DNA from: an uncultured bacterium
GTDB lineage: Bacteria > Hydrothermota > UBA3072
Assembly (NCBI GenBank): GCA_964485935.1
Contig: CAZALG010000002.1
Span: 1 to 38,479, forward strand
DNA length: 38,479 nt
Direction of reading: 5' to 3'
Both the position numbers and the translations under genes were made by a program. The notes under the pieces are model-generated. The model saw only the letters and a program-made list of their open reading frames with translations. It did not search any database and was not told the DNA's origin. Below, one piece after another: positions 1-8,159 of this stretch. Numbering within the stretch: the stretch's first letter is position 1; each line of letters starts with the position of its first letter.

Positions 1-20
1 CCACCCACAACCCTTTTTTA

Positions 21-47
21 ACAACAAATTGCACAAATTCCACAAAT
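21..47 (+). repeat. micro-tandem array, 9 nt x3 (ACAACAAAT TGCACAAAT TCCACAAAT), CAC-form
   Basis: Direct reading; the ACAAAT core recurs at exact 9-nt spacing; intergenic. Confidence 0.7.
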
Positions 48-60
48 AACTTTTTAATTA

Positions 61-90
61 GCCACCGATTTTCACGAATTAGCACGGATT
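61..90 (+). repeat. micro-tandem array, 10 nt x3 (GCCACCGATT TTCACGAATT AGCACGGATT), CAC-form
   Basis: Direct reading; CAC..ATT recurs every 10 nt; it is the inverted partner of 151-180. Confidence 0.7.
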
Positions 91-114
91 GCTCAACTAT
101 CCATCTCTAAACAC

Positions 115-136
115 TTTTTTGTTTTTAAACAAAAAA
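115..136. repeat. AT-rich palindrome TTTTTTGTTT-tt-AAACAAAAAA
   Basis: The 10-nt arms are exact reverse complements. It sits midway between the inverted arrays 61-90 and 151-180. Confidence 0.6.
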
Positions 137-150
137 AATCGATTTTTTTG

Positions 151-180
151 ATCAGTGTTTATCTACCTTCATCCGTGGCC
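151..180 (-). repeat. micro-tandem array, 10 nt x3 (ATCAGTGTTT ATCTACCTTC ATCCGTGGCC), GTG-form
   Basis: ATC recurs with a 10-nt period, with a GTG core in the first and third units (middle unit degenerate). Shares the 13-mer ATCAGTGTTTATC with 32425-32437. Confidence 0.6.
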
Positions 181-234
181 ATTTAGTTTTTTCGTGTGTT
201 TTTTTTTAGTACAAATTTAAAAGGGGGTGTGGGG

Positions 235-262
235 TTTCGTGTATTTAGTGTGTTTCGTGGTT
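235..262 (-). repeat. micro-tandem array, 9 nt x3 ending in GTGGTT (TTTCGTG TATTTAGTG TGTTTCGTGGTT), preceded by the G-rich complement of the C-box (223-234)
   Basis: Direct reading; 242-262 matches 29248-29268 at 20/21 positions. Confidence 0.75.
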
Positions 263-280
263 AAAAAAAAACAAATAAAG

Positions 281-312
281 AATCTTACGTCAATCTTGTG
301 TAATCTGTGGTT
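281..312 (-). repeat. micro-tandem array, 10 nt x3 ending in GTGGTT (AATCTTACGT CAATCTTGTG TAATCTGTGGTT)
   Basis: Direct reading; 289-306 is the exact reverse complement of 19648-19665 (18 nt). Confidence 0.75.
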
Positions 313-332
313 AAATTTTTGCTTTAAAAAGA

Positions 333-360
333 TTGCGAATTTCGATTTATATACTATAAT
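333..360 (+). promoter_or_regulatory. sigma70-like promoter for birA (TTGCGA-N16-TATAAT)
   Basis: -35 at 333-338 and a perfect -10 at 355-360. AGGAG at 369-373 and ATG at 380 follow. Confidence 0.55.
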
Positions 361-379
361 ACTGTATTAGGAGTAATTT

Positions 380-1069
380 ATGCCAAGATTAATAAAAGCA
401 GAGGAAGTTGATTCTACAAACGAGTGGGTTAAAAGACAGTTAGAAAAACTCAACGACCTCGATAGTTTTATTGCGAAAACACAAAATTCAGGAAAAGGAA
501 GGAATTCAAAAAACTGGTTTTCTCCCAAAGGGGGGTTGTGGTTCTCAATATTACTTGAAAATTTCTCAAGGAACGAAGGAGCTCTTTCTCTACTTTGTGC
601 AACTGCCACATGCGAGGTTCTCGAAGAACACGGCCTTTTGACTAACATTAAATGGCCTAATGACATAATATTAAAAGGGAAAAAATTAGGCGGTATTCTT
701 ATCGAAAAAGTAAAGGGTAAATTCATAATAGGGATTGGGCTAAATCTTAATTTAAACAACTCTGACTTCCCAATACCTCTTAAAGATATTGTGATAACCT
801 CTAAAGAAACACTACATAAAGAAATAGATATTGAAGCAATCGCGAAAGAAATAATCAAAAGAATTGCGAAAGACAGAAACAACCTTGAAGAAGTTCATAA
901 AAAGTATCTTAAACTAAGCGGCGATTTAAACGAAAAAGTCAAAATAAATGACGGTAAAGAAACCTTCACGGGTAAAGTCGTAGCTATACAAACAGATGGA
1001 GGAATCCAAATCAAAAACGAAAACACCGAAAAGGTCTTTTATTCGGGTAGCCTTTCTTACTTAAGCTAA
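380..1069 (+). CDS. birA: biotin--[acetyl-CoA-carboxylase] ligase, group I (no N-terminal HTH)
   Basis: GKGRNSKNWFSPKGGLWFS fits the BirA GRGRxGRxWxSPxG biotin-binding loop; KWPNDI motif; AGGAG RBS. Confidence 0.85.
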   Translation: MPRLIKAEEVDSTNEWVKRQLEKLNDLDSFIAKTQNSGKGRNSKNWFSPKGGLWFSILLENFSRNEGALSLLCATATCEVLEEHGLLTNIKWPNDIILKGKKLGGILIEKVKGKFIIGIGLNLNLNNSDFPIPLKDIVITSKETLHKEIDIEAIAKEIIKRIAKDRNNLEEVHKKYLKLSGDLNEKVKINDGKETFTGKVVAIQTDGGIQIKNENTEKVFYSGSLSYLS

Positions 1070-1175
1070 GACTAAAAACAAAAACCTCCCCACCAAATTA
1101 ATCTCACACGAAGACACAAAAAAAAAGAGAAATTATGTTGTTTCCCCAACTCCACCCCAATTTTTACACATATAA

Positions 1176-1238
1176 AAAATGTAGAACCTGTAGTTCTCAT
1201 GGTTCTCACCTCTACATTAACTACATGCTCTACATTTG
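1176..1238. repeat. 63-nt block of seven 9-mers in perfect register (xxxxTGTAG x2, TTCTCAxxx x2, CTACAxxxx x3)
   Basis: Direct reading. TGTAG and CTACA are reverse complements, giving a beaded hairpin between the convergent genes birA and 1300-1878. Confidence 0.65.
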
Positions 1239-1299
1239 TAATTTTTTTGCAGTCAACCTTTAACTCTACGGCTAAAGGCTAAAAGCAAATTGCCAATAT

Positions 1300-1878
1300 T
1301 TATTCCCCTTTAAATAAGTTCTCTATCTCGCTCCTATATTTTTCTACAATTTTCCAATTTTCTTTGCAGGCTTTCCTCTCTTCGGATTCCTCAGTTTCTT
1401 TTAGGTTTTTTCTCATCTCCTCTTTTTGCTCTTCGGGCACATTGGGATTATCAAGCATCTTTTTCATCATCTCTCCGGTGGCTGCTTCCATTTGATTATA
1501 AACAATAGCACTCATAATTTTATTATGAGTTGCGCCAAAACTTTCAAGTGTAAAACCATATTTTGCTAAAGCACCTTCGATTTCTTCTGCGTATTCCCTA
1601 AACTCTTCAGCAAACTGCATACCACTTAAAAGGTTTTCCTTATCCGTTAGCGGCTCAATCTCTTTCTCTTTTTTCTTGGTAATCTCAACGAAAACCGGAT
1701 AAGCGTCAATAAAAGCTATAACTTCTTTCTCCGTCAACAAAAGATCTTCTGCTTCCTCTTTCTTTTCTATTTTTTTCTCCGCACTTGTCTCTCCTGCCTT
1801 TTCCTCTCCTTTGCCACAGCCAGCCTGTAAAAAACAAACAATCAAAAACAATACAGATAAAAACACAATCCTTTTCAT
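1300..1878 (-). CDS. hypothetical lipoprotein (Glu/Lys-rich)
   Basis: Signal peptide with lipobox LQAGC; GGAGG 7 nt upstream of ATG. Confidence 0.6.
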   Translation of the reverse strand: MKRIVFLSVLFLIVCFLQAGCGKGEEKAGETSAEKKIEKKEEAEDLLLTEKEVIAFIDAYPVFVEITKKKEKEIEPLTDKENLLSGMQFAEEFREYAEEIEGALAKYGFTLESFGATHNKIMSAIVYNQMEAATGEMMKKMLDNPNVPEEQKEEMRKNLKETEESEERKACKENWKIVEKYRSEIENLFKGE

Positions 1879-1926
1879 ACTAAACCTCCTTTTTTCTTAC
1901 GGTTTAACATAATTTTTCTGCCATTT

Positions 1927-3033
1927 CTATTTAGCTGTTAAAACAGAAATAAGCTTGCGATTGGGAGCGCCATTCCCATCTAAAACAGGGAAATCGCCTT
2001 TATAACACCAGTGACAATAAGCGATATTGTTGGAATTAAAAATATCGCAAACATCTTTATACCAGCGCAGAGCAATCTCATCAGGAATAGTAGGATAAAC
2101 ACCAAACTCTCCGCAATACAAAGGTAAATTCTTCTCCTTTGCGACTTCTATAGCGGGAGACATTATTTTTGCCAGAGTGTCTTTTGTAAAATATCCATTA
2201 GCATACTCTCTCATAGACTCAACTGTCTTTTCCGAAAACTCCTTATAATGTGCTGTATCGATAACTTGACCCGGATAATTTACTTCTCCTTTATATTCGG
2301 CTACGGGGGACCACGGTGCCAAATGATGAGTAAGCGCCATAGGATTATAAAAATGAAAACTTAGAATGATATTCCTATCATTCTCTGGAATTCTTAGATC
2401 GGGAAAAGTCGAAGCAATCTGCCATTTATTTGAGCCAACCACTATTTTCCTCTCCGGCTCATTTATTCTGACTTCCGCGACAATTTTTTCAATTATATTA
2501 TTCCAATCCTCGGGGTCATCCGCTACAGCTTCATTTAAAATTTCATAAGCTACCATGCTGTTTGGATATTCTTTCAATTCTATAGAGAGTTGTCGCCACA
2601 AATCGATTAGCTTTTCCTGTTCAGCGGGCTCGGTCCATAAAGGATTCGTTTCAGCAATAAAATGATGGGAACGGATAATATGCAAATCCACAATTACCCT
2701 CAAATTTGCCGCAAGAGCCCAATTGATTGCATTATGCAGTAGCTTGAACGCTTCTTTTTCTTTATTCCCATCTTCATCCCACATCTGTTCTTCATCGATT
2801 GGGATTCTGACATGGTCGAATCCCACGGAGGCGATTGTATCAAAATCAGCCTTTGTAATGTAATTTTTTCTTTCTTCTCCTCTCTTATCGCTCTGTGACA
2901 ACCAGTGACTGACATTAACACCTGTTCTTATTTTAAATTCTCCTGTTGTTTCATCCGCCCTAATATTTGAGGTACACATTAAAGAAAACAATCCAATAAT
3001 TACAAAAAGAATAAATTCTAAATTATTATGCAT
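1927..3033 (-). CDS. glycoside hydrolase family 5 (endoglucanase/mannanase-like), secreted
   Basis: EILNEA (acid/base NE) and CGEFG (nucleophile) motifs at GH5 spacing. Start placed at the ATG (MHNN...) 7 nt after GGGAGG rather than the TTG given in the ORF track. Confidence 0.8.
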   Translation of the reverse strand: MHNNLEFILFVIIGLFSLMCTSNIRADETTGEFKIRTGVNVSHWLSQSDKRGEERKNYITKADFDTIASVGFDHVRIPIDEEQMWDEDGNKEKEAFKLLHNAINWALAANLRVIVDLHIIRSHHFIAETNPLWTEPAEQEKLIDLWRQLSIELKEYPNSMVAYEILNEAVADDPEDWNNIIEKIVAEVRINEPERKIVVGSNKWQIASTFPDLRIPENDRNIILSFHFYNPMALTHHLAPWSPVAEYKGEVNYPGQVIDTAHYKEFSEKTVESMREYANGYFTKDTLAKIMSPAIEVAKEKNLPLYCGEFGVYPTIPDEIALRWYKDVCDIFNSNNIAYCHWCYKGDFPVLDGNGAPNRKLISVLTAK

Positions 3034-3184
3034 TATTATCCCTCCCAATATTTCTGTTTTTACAATCTGGCTAATAAAATCTATCTATAATAACCCATAT
3101 GTCAAGTTAAATTTTGTTCTGCCTACCATTATTTTATTAATTACGTCAGCAAGAATCAGAGGGGATACCTGACCAGTGAAAGTA

Positions 3185-3213
3185 TTGACAGAATTGTGCG
3201 CTATGATTATACT
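3185..3213 (+). promoter_or_regulatory. sigma70-like promoter (TTGACA-N17-TATACT)
   Basis: Perfect -35 at 3185-3190 and -10 at 3208-3213, upstream of the 3286 gene. Confidence 0.55.
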
Positions 3214-3285
3214 TTACAGGCGGATATTAAAACTGAAAAGCGTTTGAATTGCTTAAAGTACGAATACTAAAAAAAGGAGATGCAT

Positions 3286-3894
3286 ATGTCAAAGAAAAGA
3301 TTTTCCAAACTGGCTATTTTGTTCCTAACATTTCTTTTATCGAAATCTCTTTTTCTGATAGGAGGTGAACGCCAGGGGTTTATCTGCACCGTTAACCTGG
3401 GTTATGGATTTACCAAATATCCGGAGAAAATGCAGTACTGGAGTTCAGCAGAATCTTCTGAGGATAAAATCAAAGGGGGAATCTCGATGATTGGCAAAAT
3501 AGGTTATGCCCCAAATAATCATTTGATGATTCTTCTTATTTCACCTTCGGTTTACTTCAGAAAAGAAGTAGATTCTGATAAGAAAATAATAGATAATATG
3601 TTATTCGCTCTGGGTATCAGTTACTATTTGAATGAATTTCATCCCTCCGTCTATTTCGACGTAGCTGTAGGTCTCGCTATGTGGTGGTTACCTTATGAAA
3701 CTGAAGGAAATATAGAAGATTTAGATATCCATTTGGGTATGGGAGGAACTTTAGGGGTAGGCTATGAATTTACTCACAGATGGAGTATAGAAAGCAATTT
3801 TCACTATAACCGCTTCAGCTTCAATCGAAATAATGTCGATATAACAGCGAATACTCTTTCCTGTTCGATTGTATTAAGGTATATATTTTATTAA
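3286..3894 (+). CDS. outer-membrane beta-barrel (OmpA-like barrel / porin family) protein
   Basis: Signal peptide, alternating Gly/aromatic strands, C-terminal ...LRYIFY. ATG at 3286 sits 6 nt after GGAG. Confidence 0.5.
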   Translation: MSKKRFSKLAILFLTFLLSKSLFLIGGERQGFICTVNLGYGFTKYPEKMQYWSSAESSEDKIKGGISMIGKIGYAPNNHLMILLISPSVYFRKEVDSDKKIIDNMLFALGISYYLNEFHPSVYFDVAVGLAMWWLPYETEGNIEDLDIHLGMGGTLGVGYEFTHRWSIESNFHYNRFSFNRNNVDITANTLSCSIVLRYIFY

Positions 3895-3956
3895 AATGAT
3901 AATCTTAGCTTCCGTTTTTGTTTTGTGTATATAAGAAAGAGCTTTATCATTAAAAG

Positions 3957-6212
3957 ATGTTTTTGTTTATTTATTTAATCTTAAGTGCTGGTACATACAA
4001 AGTTGTAATGGGTAAAGTATTTGACGCAATCTCAAAAGAACCTCTGCCCATGGTCAACATTGTGGTTGAAGGAACCGAAATGGGTACTACTACAGACAAC
4101 GATGGATATTACAGCATAATACTCCCCGATACACTAAAAAAAGTCAAACTTGTTTACTCTATGATGGGATATAAAAAAGTTGAGAGAGAGAGATTTTTTT
4201 TCGGCAAGGATTACGTAAAGGAAGATATAGCGATGCGAATAACCACTTTGAAATCGCAGGGTATATTGGTATCCGCAAGAAAGGAAAGATTTAAGGAATC
4301 AGCAACCATTACACCCGTTTCTTTGTCAACAGAAGACCTACTAATTCTTCCTTCTCTTTATGAAGGAGATTTAATGCGTACGTTAGAGGCTCTTCCAGGA
4401 ATCACAAAAGCTTCCGATCACACAACTGAAGTGGCGGTAAGAGGAGGAAGCCCAGACCAAAATCTGATTTTACTCGATAATATACCAATATTAAAACCAT
4501 TTCATTTAGGCGGCAATTTTTCCGCTTTTAACCTTAACGCAATTAAAAACATTGAATTGTATAAAAGTGGAATTCCGGTGGAATATGACGCATCTCTTTC
4601 TTCTGTTCTAGATGTTAAAACAAAAGGAGTGAATCGAGACATAAAAGGACTTAATGGTATTTTTTCCCTGGGACTTTTATCTGCCGGAGCAACTATTGGC
4701 GGTCCTGTGCCCTATCTAAATACGAATTTTCTCTTTACCGTCAGGAGAACTTATTACGACAAAATAATCCCAGAGGAAATGCCTTACTATTTCTATGATG
4801 GATATTTACATATTGAAAGTGATATAACTGACAGGTGGAATGCTATTTTAAGTGCTTATAGTAGTAGGGATTTCTATGATTTGAGGGATGAGGAAAATGA
4901 AGAAGTACAAATTATAGGGCTGGATTGGGATAATAAGGCCTTAGGACTAAATACATTTTATGCTGGAAGTGATGAATCTTTACTTCATTTTTCAATCGGG
5001 TGGAGTAAACATAGTTTTCATTTTAGTTTGATGGATACCATTTATGTTACAAACGGTACCATCGATGCTGTAACTGTTGGGACTGACTATACTCGTGCAT
5101 TCGGAGGGCATAAAGTGAAGTCTGGATTAAAGGAAGAGTATCGCCCTTTTAAATATGACATTAGTATGGATATGGGTATAAATTATGAATACCAGAATAT
5201 ATGGAGCAACAGAGTAATGGGTTTTATCGAAGACGAATTTTCTCCTAAAAAAGACTTGCTTTTCTCCGGGGGAATATCTTTAACACATTACTATTCTCAA
5301 ATTGAAGATTTCAACCAGAGTGAAAACGAATTGTTTGTATCTTACAGGTTGTCTGCAAAATATTTTTTAAATGAAATAAAAGCTCTTACAGTCTCTTTTG
5401 GTAATTACCATCAATATGAAGTTCCTTTAATTCCCGGAGAATCAGTGAGTGGAGGTACGAGTTCTATCTTTTACTATTTAGTTCCCCTTGGTGGAGAATA
5501 CTACCCTGAAGAAGCCCAGCATGTAAATCTTGGTTACGAAGGCTGGTTGAACGAGTCCTTCTATTTTTCACTTGAAGGGTACTACAGAATTTATAATAGA
5601 TTGTATAAAATGAGAGAGGAGTCCGAAATCGAGATCGAAAACGCTAACGATTTCTACAGAACGATGTTTGATGAAAACGAAGGTGACGCCTATGGTATGG
5701 ATTTTTTGTTAAAAAAAGAGATAGGAAAAGTAAGAGGTTGGTTTTCTTACACATTCCTTAAATCGCTTATAAAATCTGACAAAGGGTATTATCCTTCGAT
5801 ATGGGACCGAACCCACAATCTGTATTTGGTACTTTTTGCTATTCTTCCTAAAGAATGGGAAATCGGTATTCAGTTTGCTTTCTCAACAGGTAATCCATTT
5901 ACCCCCACCCTTTGCAGATACCTCTATAGAAATCCAGCCACACCTCATGACAATGATGATACCGGTTGGATGGAGCTGCAAGGAGAAAAAAACTCGGTCA
6001 GGTTTCCCTCTTATCTGCGTTTAGATATCAGCGCCACCAAGACCTTTCACTTTGGTAATAATGAAGCGGATCTTAAAATTGGCTTATACAACGCCCTGAA
6101 TCGTGAAAATGTGGTATTCTATTACTATGATTATGACGAGGAACCACCTGTTAAAGAAACTGTCGGCATGGTTCCTCTTTTACCGGCTCTTGAAGTCATC
6201 TATAGATTCTAA
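3957..6212 (+). CDS. TonB-dependent receptor with N-terminal carboxypeptidase-regulatory-like domain
   Basis: GKVFD...PLPMVNIVVEGT..GTTTDNDGYYSI (CarboxypepD_reg-like), plug-like VAVRGGSPDQNLILLDNIPI, long beta-barrel, terminal aromatic ...VIYRF. Confidence 0.7.
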   Translation: MFLFIYLILSAGTYKVVMGKVFDAISKEPLPMVNIVVEGTEMGTTTDNDGYYSIILPDTLKKVKLVYSMMGYKKVERERFFFGKDYVKEDIAMRITTLKSQGILVSARKERFKESATITPVSLSTEDLLILPSLYEGDLMRTLEALPGITKASDHTTEVAVRGGSPDQNLILLDNIPILKPFHLGGNFSAFNLNAIKNIELYKSGIPVEYDASLSSVLDVKTKGVNRDIKGLNGIFSLGLLSAGATIGGPVPYLNTNFLFTVRRTYYDKIIPEEMPYYFYDGYLHIESDITDRWNAILSAYSSRDFYDLRDEENEEVQIIGLDWDNKALGLNTFYAGSDESLLHFSIGWSKHSFHFSLMDTIYVTNGTIDAVTVGTDYTRAFGGHKVKSGLKEEYRPFKYDISMDMGINYEYQNIWSNRVMGFIEDEFSPKKDLLFSGGISLTHYYSQIEDFNQSENELFVSYRLSAKYFLNEIKALTVSFGNYHQYEVPLIPGESVSGGTSSIFYYLVPLGGEYYPEEAQHVNLGYEGWLNESFYFSLEGYYRIYNRLYKMREESEIEIENANDFYRTMFDENEGDAYGMDFLLKKEIGKVRGWFSYTFLKSLIKSDKGYYPSIWDRTHNLYLVLFAILPKEWEIGIQFAFSTGNPFTPTLCRYLYRNPATPHDNDDTGWMELQGEKNSVRFPSYLRLDISATKTFHFGNNEADLKIGLYNALNRENVVFYYYDYDEEPPVKETVGMVPLLPALEVIYRF

Positions 6213-6225
6213 AGGAGGATTGGTC

Positions 6226-6969
6226 TTGAGATGTAATTTTATACTCACACTCTTTTTAACTTCCTTTTTATTTGTTTCCTGCGAAAGCGTCACGGAAGTC
6301 CCTTTCGAGCACAAGTACTTAATCTATCTGGTTCTTAGGCCGAATATGAAATTTCAAAAAGCTTATGTGGATTCAACCTATAAGTTGACATCTACTCTTT
6401 TAGAAGGCTTTAAAGGTATATCAGACGCAGAAATATTCGCAATTGATGAGGAGCAAGACACTTTTAAATTCCGTGAGTCGGATACGATCGGTTTATACTA
6501 CAGTGATGATTCCCTGTGGGTAAAATATAGTAACCAATATATTATTCAATTAAACGTTGAAGGGCATCAAATAGAAGAAGAAATAACTGTTCCAGACTCT
6601 CTTTTTATATATTCCCCTTCCAATGGAGACACAATCTCTCTGGATGATCCTGAAATTGTTTACTGGAACAGCTGTGAAGGGTTTTTTGATAACATGTATA
6701 CTGCTCGTGTTTTTTTCGAAGGAGAATTAGACTCTTTTGGTTTTTCTTTGACAACCCAAGATACGTCTCTGGACGTTTTATCAGCCAGATATCTATTCCC
6801 CAATGTTGATACTTTTTATACCTTAGCAGTCATGGCTATGGATGAAAACTGTTTCAAAGCTGATAAAGCCAACATTAACTTTGATTACGACCAGATAAGT
6901 GCGGATTTTGCAATAGGGGTAATCGGCGCAACCGTTTTCGATACGATCAAGGTCTGGGTTACCGAGTAA
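6226..6969 (+). CDS. DUF4249-like lipoprotein partner of the TonB-dependent receptor
   Basis: Lipobox FLFVSC. TTG start 7 nt after AAGGAGG (6212-6218). Placement directly after a CarboxypepD_reg-type receptor is the typical DUF4249 context. Confidence 0.45.
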   Translation: MRCNFILTLFLTSFLFVSCESVTEVPFEHKYLIYLVLRPNMKFQKAYVDSTYKLTSTLLEGFKGISDAEIFAIDEEQDTFKFRESDTIGLYYSDDSLWVKYSNQYIIQLNVEGHQIEEEITVPDSLFIYSPSNGDTISLDDPEIVYWNSCEGFFDNMYTARVFFEGELDSFGFSLTTQDTSLDVLSARYLFPNVDTFYTLAVMAMDENCFKADKANINFDYDQISADFAIGVIGATVFDTIKVWVTE

Positions 6970-7906
6970 GGTTACTTTCAATATAACCAGCCTTCATATA
7001 ACTCTTATAAATAATAAGTAAAAGAGCCAATCTTTCCTGAACCCGAAGGGTAAAAAGCGGAAGAATCTTTTGTAACCCAAGCGCATAAGGAATAAACGAA
7101 TGAGTATTTTTTACCAACAAAACCCCTTTATCTCTTAAATTAATAGTTTGGTTATAAATCTCCCTCACAAGATTTATATCGATTTTTGAGTAATTTCCGT
7201 GTCCGGGTAGAATCAACTCGGGTGAGATTTTCAAAATCTTCTTCAAGGAAGAAATTGCGTCGTCGATATCGGAAGACGGCACATTCAATACCGCCGGCCG
7301 CTTAAAAGAAAAGGTCGCTATAAGGTCGCCTGTGATAAGTGCAGAATCAAGAGAAAAGCCAACTTCATCGAGTGTATGACCGGGAAGAAAAAGAACTTTG
7401 ATTCCATATCGAATTTCCCCATCAGAAAAACAATCATCAACTCTCACAGCATGACTACCTATCGAAAGAAATTTTCCATAAAATTTAACCAGATAACGAA
7501 CCAGAGCTTCAATTCTTTTCCTTTTTTCTACATTTGCAGGATATAATCTCTTCAAGATCTCGCCATTTACCTTCTCACTTTTAATAAGACCACGAATAGG
7601 AGGCTCCATTTCAAGAAAATTTTTTGCTATTGGATGGCAAACAATTTTTATTTGTTTCTCTTGAAGCAGGTAATAAGCTAACCCCGTATGGTCAGGATGG
7701 TTATGCGTAAACCATATTTCATCGATATTTTTTACTTCTATTCCGGCTTCTCTTAACAAAGGTTTAAACGCCCTTATTTTCATAACCGGATTATAGCCAG
7801 GATCTACCAGTATATTCACCTCTCCCTTTATTAGAGTTGTGTTGGACGAGGGAACCTTCCTTGAATAGAAATATATTTTATCGTTAACTTTTGTTACTTT
7901 ATTCAC
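6959..7906 (-). CDS. MBL-fold metallo-hydrolase
   Basis: HNHPDHTG (HxHxDH) motif; GTG start; 11-nt convergent overlap with the previous gene. Confidence 0.8.
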   Translation of the reverse strand: MNKVTKVNDKIYFYSRKVPSSNTTLIKGEVNILVDPGYNPVMKIRAFKPLLREAGIEVKNIDEIWFTHNHPDHTGLAYYLLQEKQIKIVCHPIAKNFLEMEPPIRGLIKSEKVNGEILKRLYPANVEKRKRIEALVRYLVKFYGKFLSIGSHAVRVDDCFSDGEIRYGIKVLFLPGHTLDEVGFSLDSALITGDLIATFSFKRPAVLNVPSSDIDDAISSLKKILKISPELILPGHGNYSKIDINLVREIYNQTINLRDKGVLLVKNTHSFIPYALGLQKILPLFTLRVQERLALLLIIYKSYMKAGYIESNLTR

Positions 7907-7917
7907 TTCAATAAAAT

Positions 7918-7946
7918 ATCGTAGCTGTTTTTTTCTCCTTTGTCAA
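7918..7946 (-). promoter_or_regulatory. sigma70-like promoter for the MBL hydrolase (TTGACA-N17-TACGAT)
   Basis: Read on the minus strand: -35 at 7946..7941, -10 at 7923..7918. The predicted TSS lies about 5 nt before the GTG start. Confidence 0.45.
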
Positions 7947-7970
7947 CCTTCAAAAAACTAAACTGTAATT

Positions 7971-7998
7971 AACCACAAAGATCACAAAGGACACAAAG
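7971..7998 (+). repeat. micro-tandem array AACCACAAAG ATCACAAAG GACACAAAG, followed by C-box CCCCTCCACCCC (7999-8010)
   Basis: Direct reading; inverted partner at 8132-8159 (24/28 identical). Confidence 0.85.
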
Positions 7999-8131
7999 CC
8001 CCTCCACCCCAACTTTAATTTATTTCTTCAAAAACTCTTCCAAACTAAAGAAAATCCCAGAAAGGATTAAACAAGATTAACGGTATTTTTATTTAAGTAA
8101 CAAATTATTTATTTAAATAAAAAATTAAAAT

Positions 8132-8159
8132 CTTTGTGCTCTTTGTGTACTTTGTGGTT
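8132..8159 (-). repeat. micro-tandem array (reverse complement AACCACAAAG TACACAAAG AGCACAAAG)
   Basis: Direct reading; the first 19 nt are identical to 19682-19700. Confidence 0.85.

Noticed and set aside
21-312. DnaA-box cluster / oriC, because units such as AATTCCACA and AACCACA resemble TTATCCACA.
   Set aside because: - Matches to the 9-mer consensus are partial.
- The same arrays occur in at least eight separate intergenic regions.
- No dnaA, dnaN or gyrB is nearby.
- The arrays have a strict head-to-tail phase unlike known origins.

I could not compute GC skew, so an origin near the left edge is not formally excluded.
6103-6225. Upstream extension of the DUF4249-like ORF, starting at 6103 inside the TonB-receptor gene.
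   Set aside because: It would overlap the receptor by 110 nt. An AAGGAGG at 6212-6218 followed by TTG at 6226 yields a normal lipoprotein signal peptide (…FLFVSC).
7971-8159. Could the short repeat arrays be CRISPR arrays?
   Set aside because: Units are 7-10 nt and directly abutting, with no spacers. Arrays have only 2-5 units, no cas genes are present, and there are many dispersed copies. This is incompatible with CRISPR architecture.
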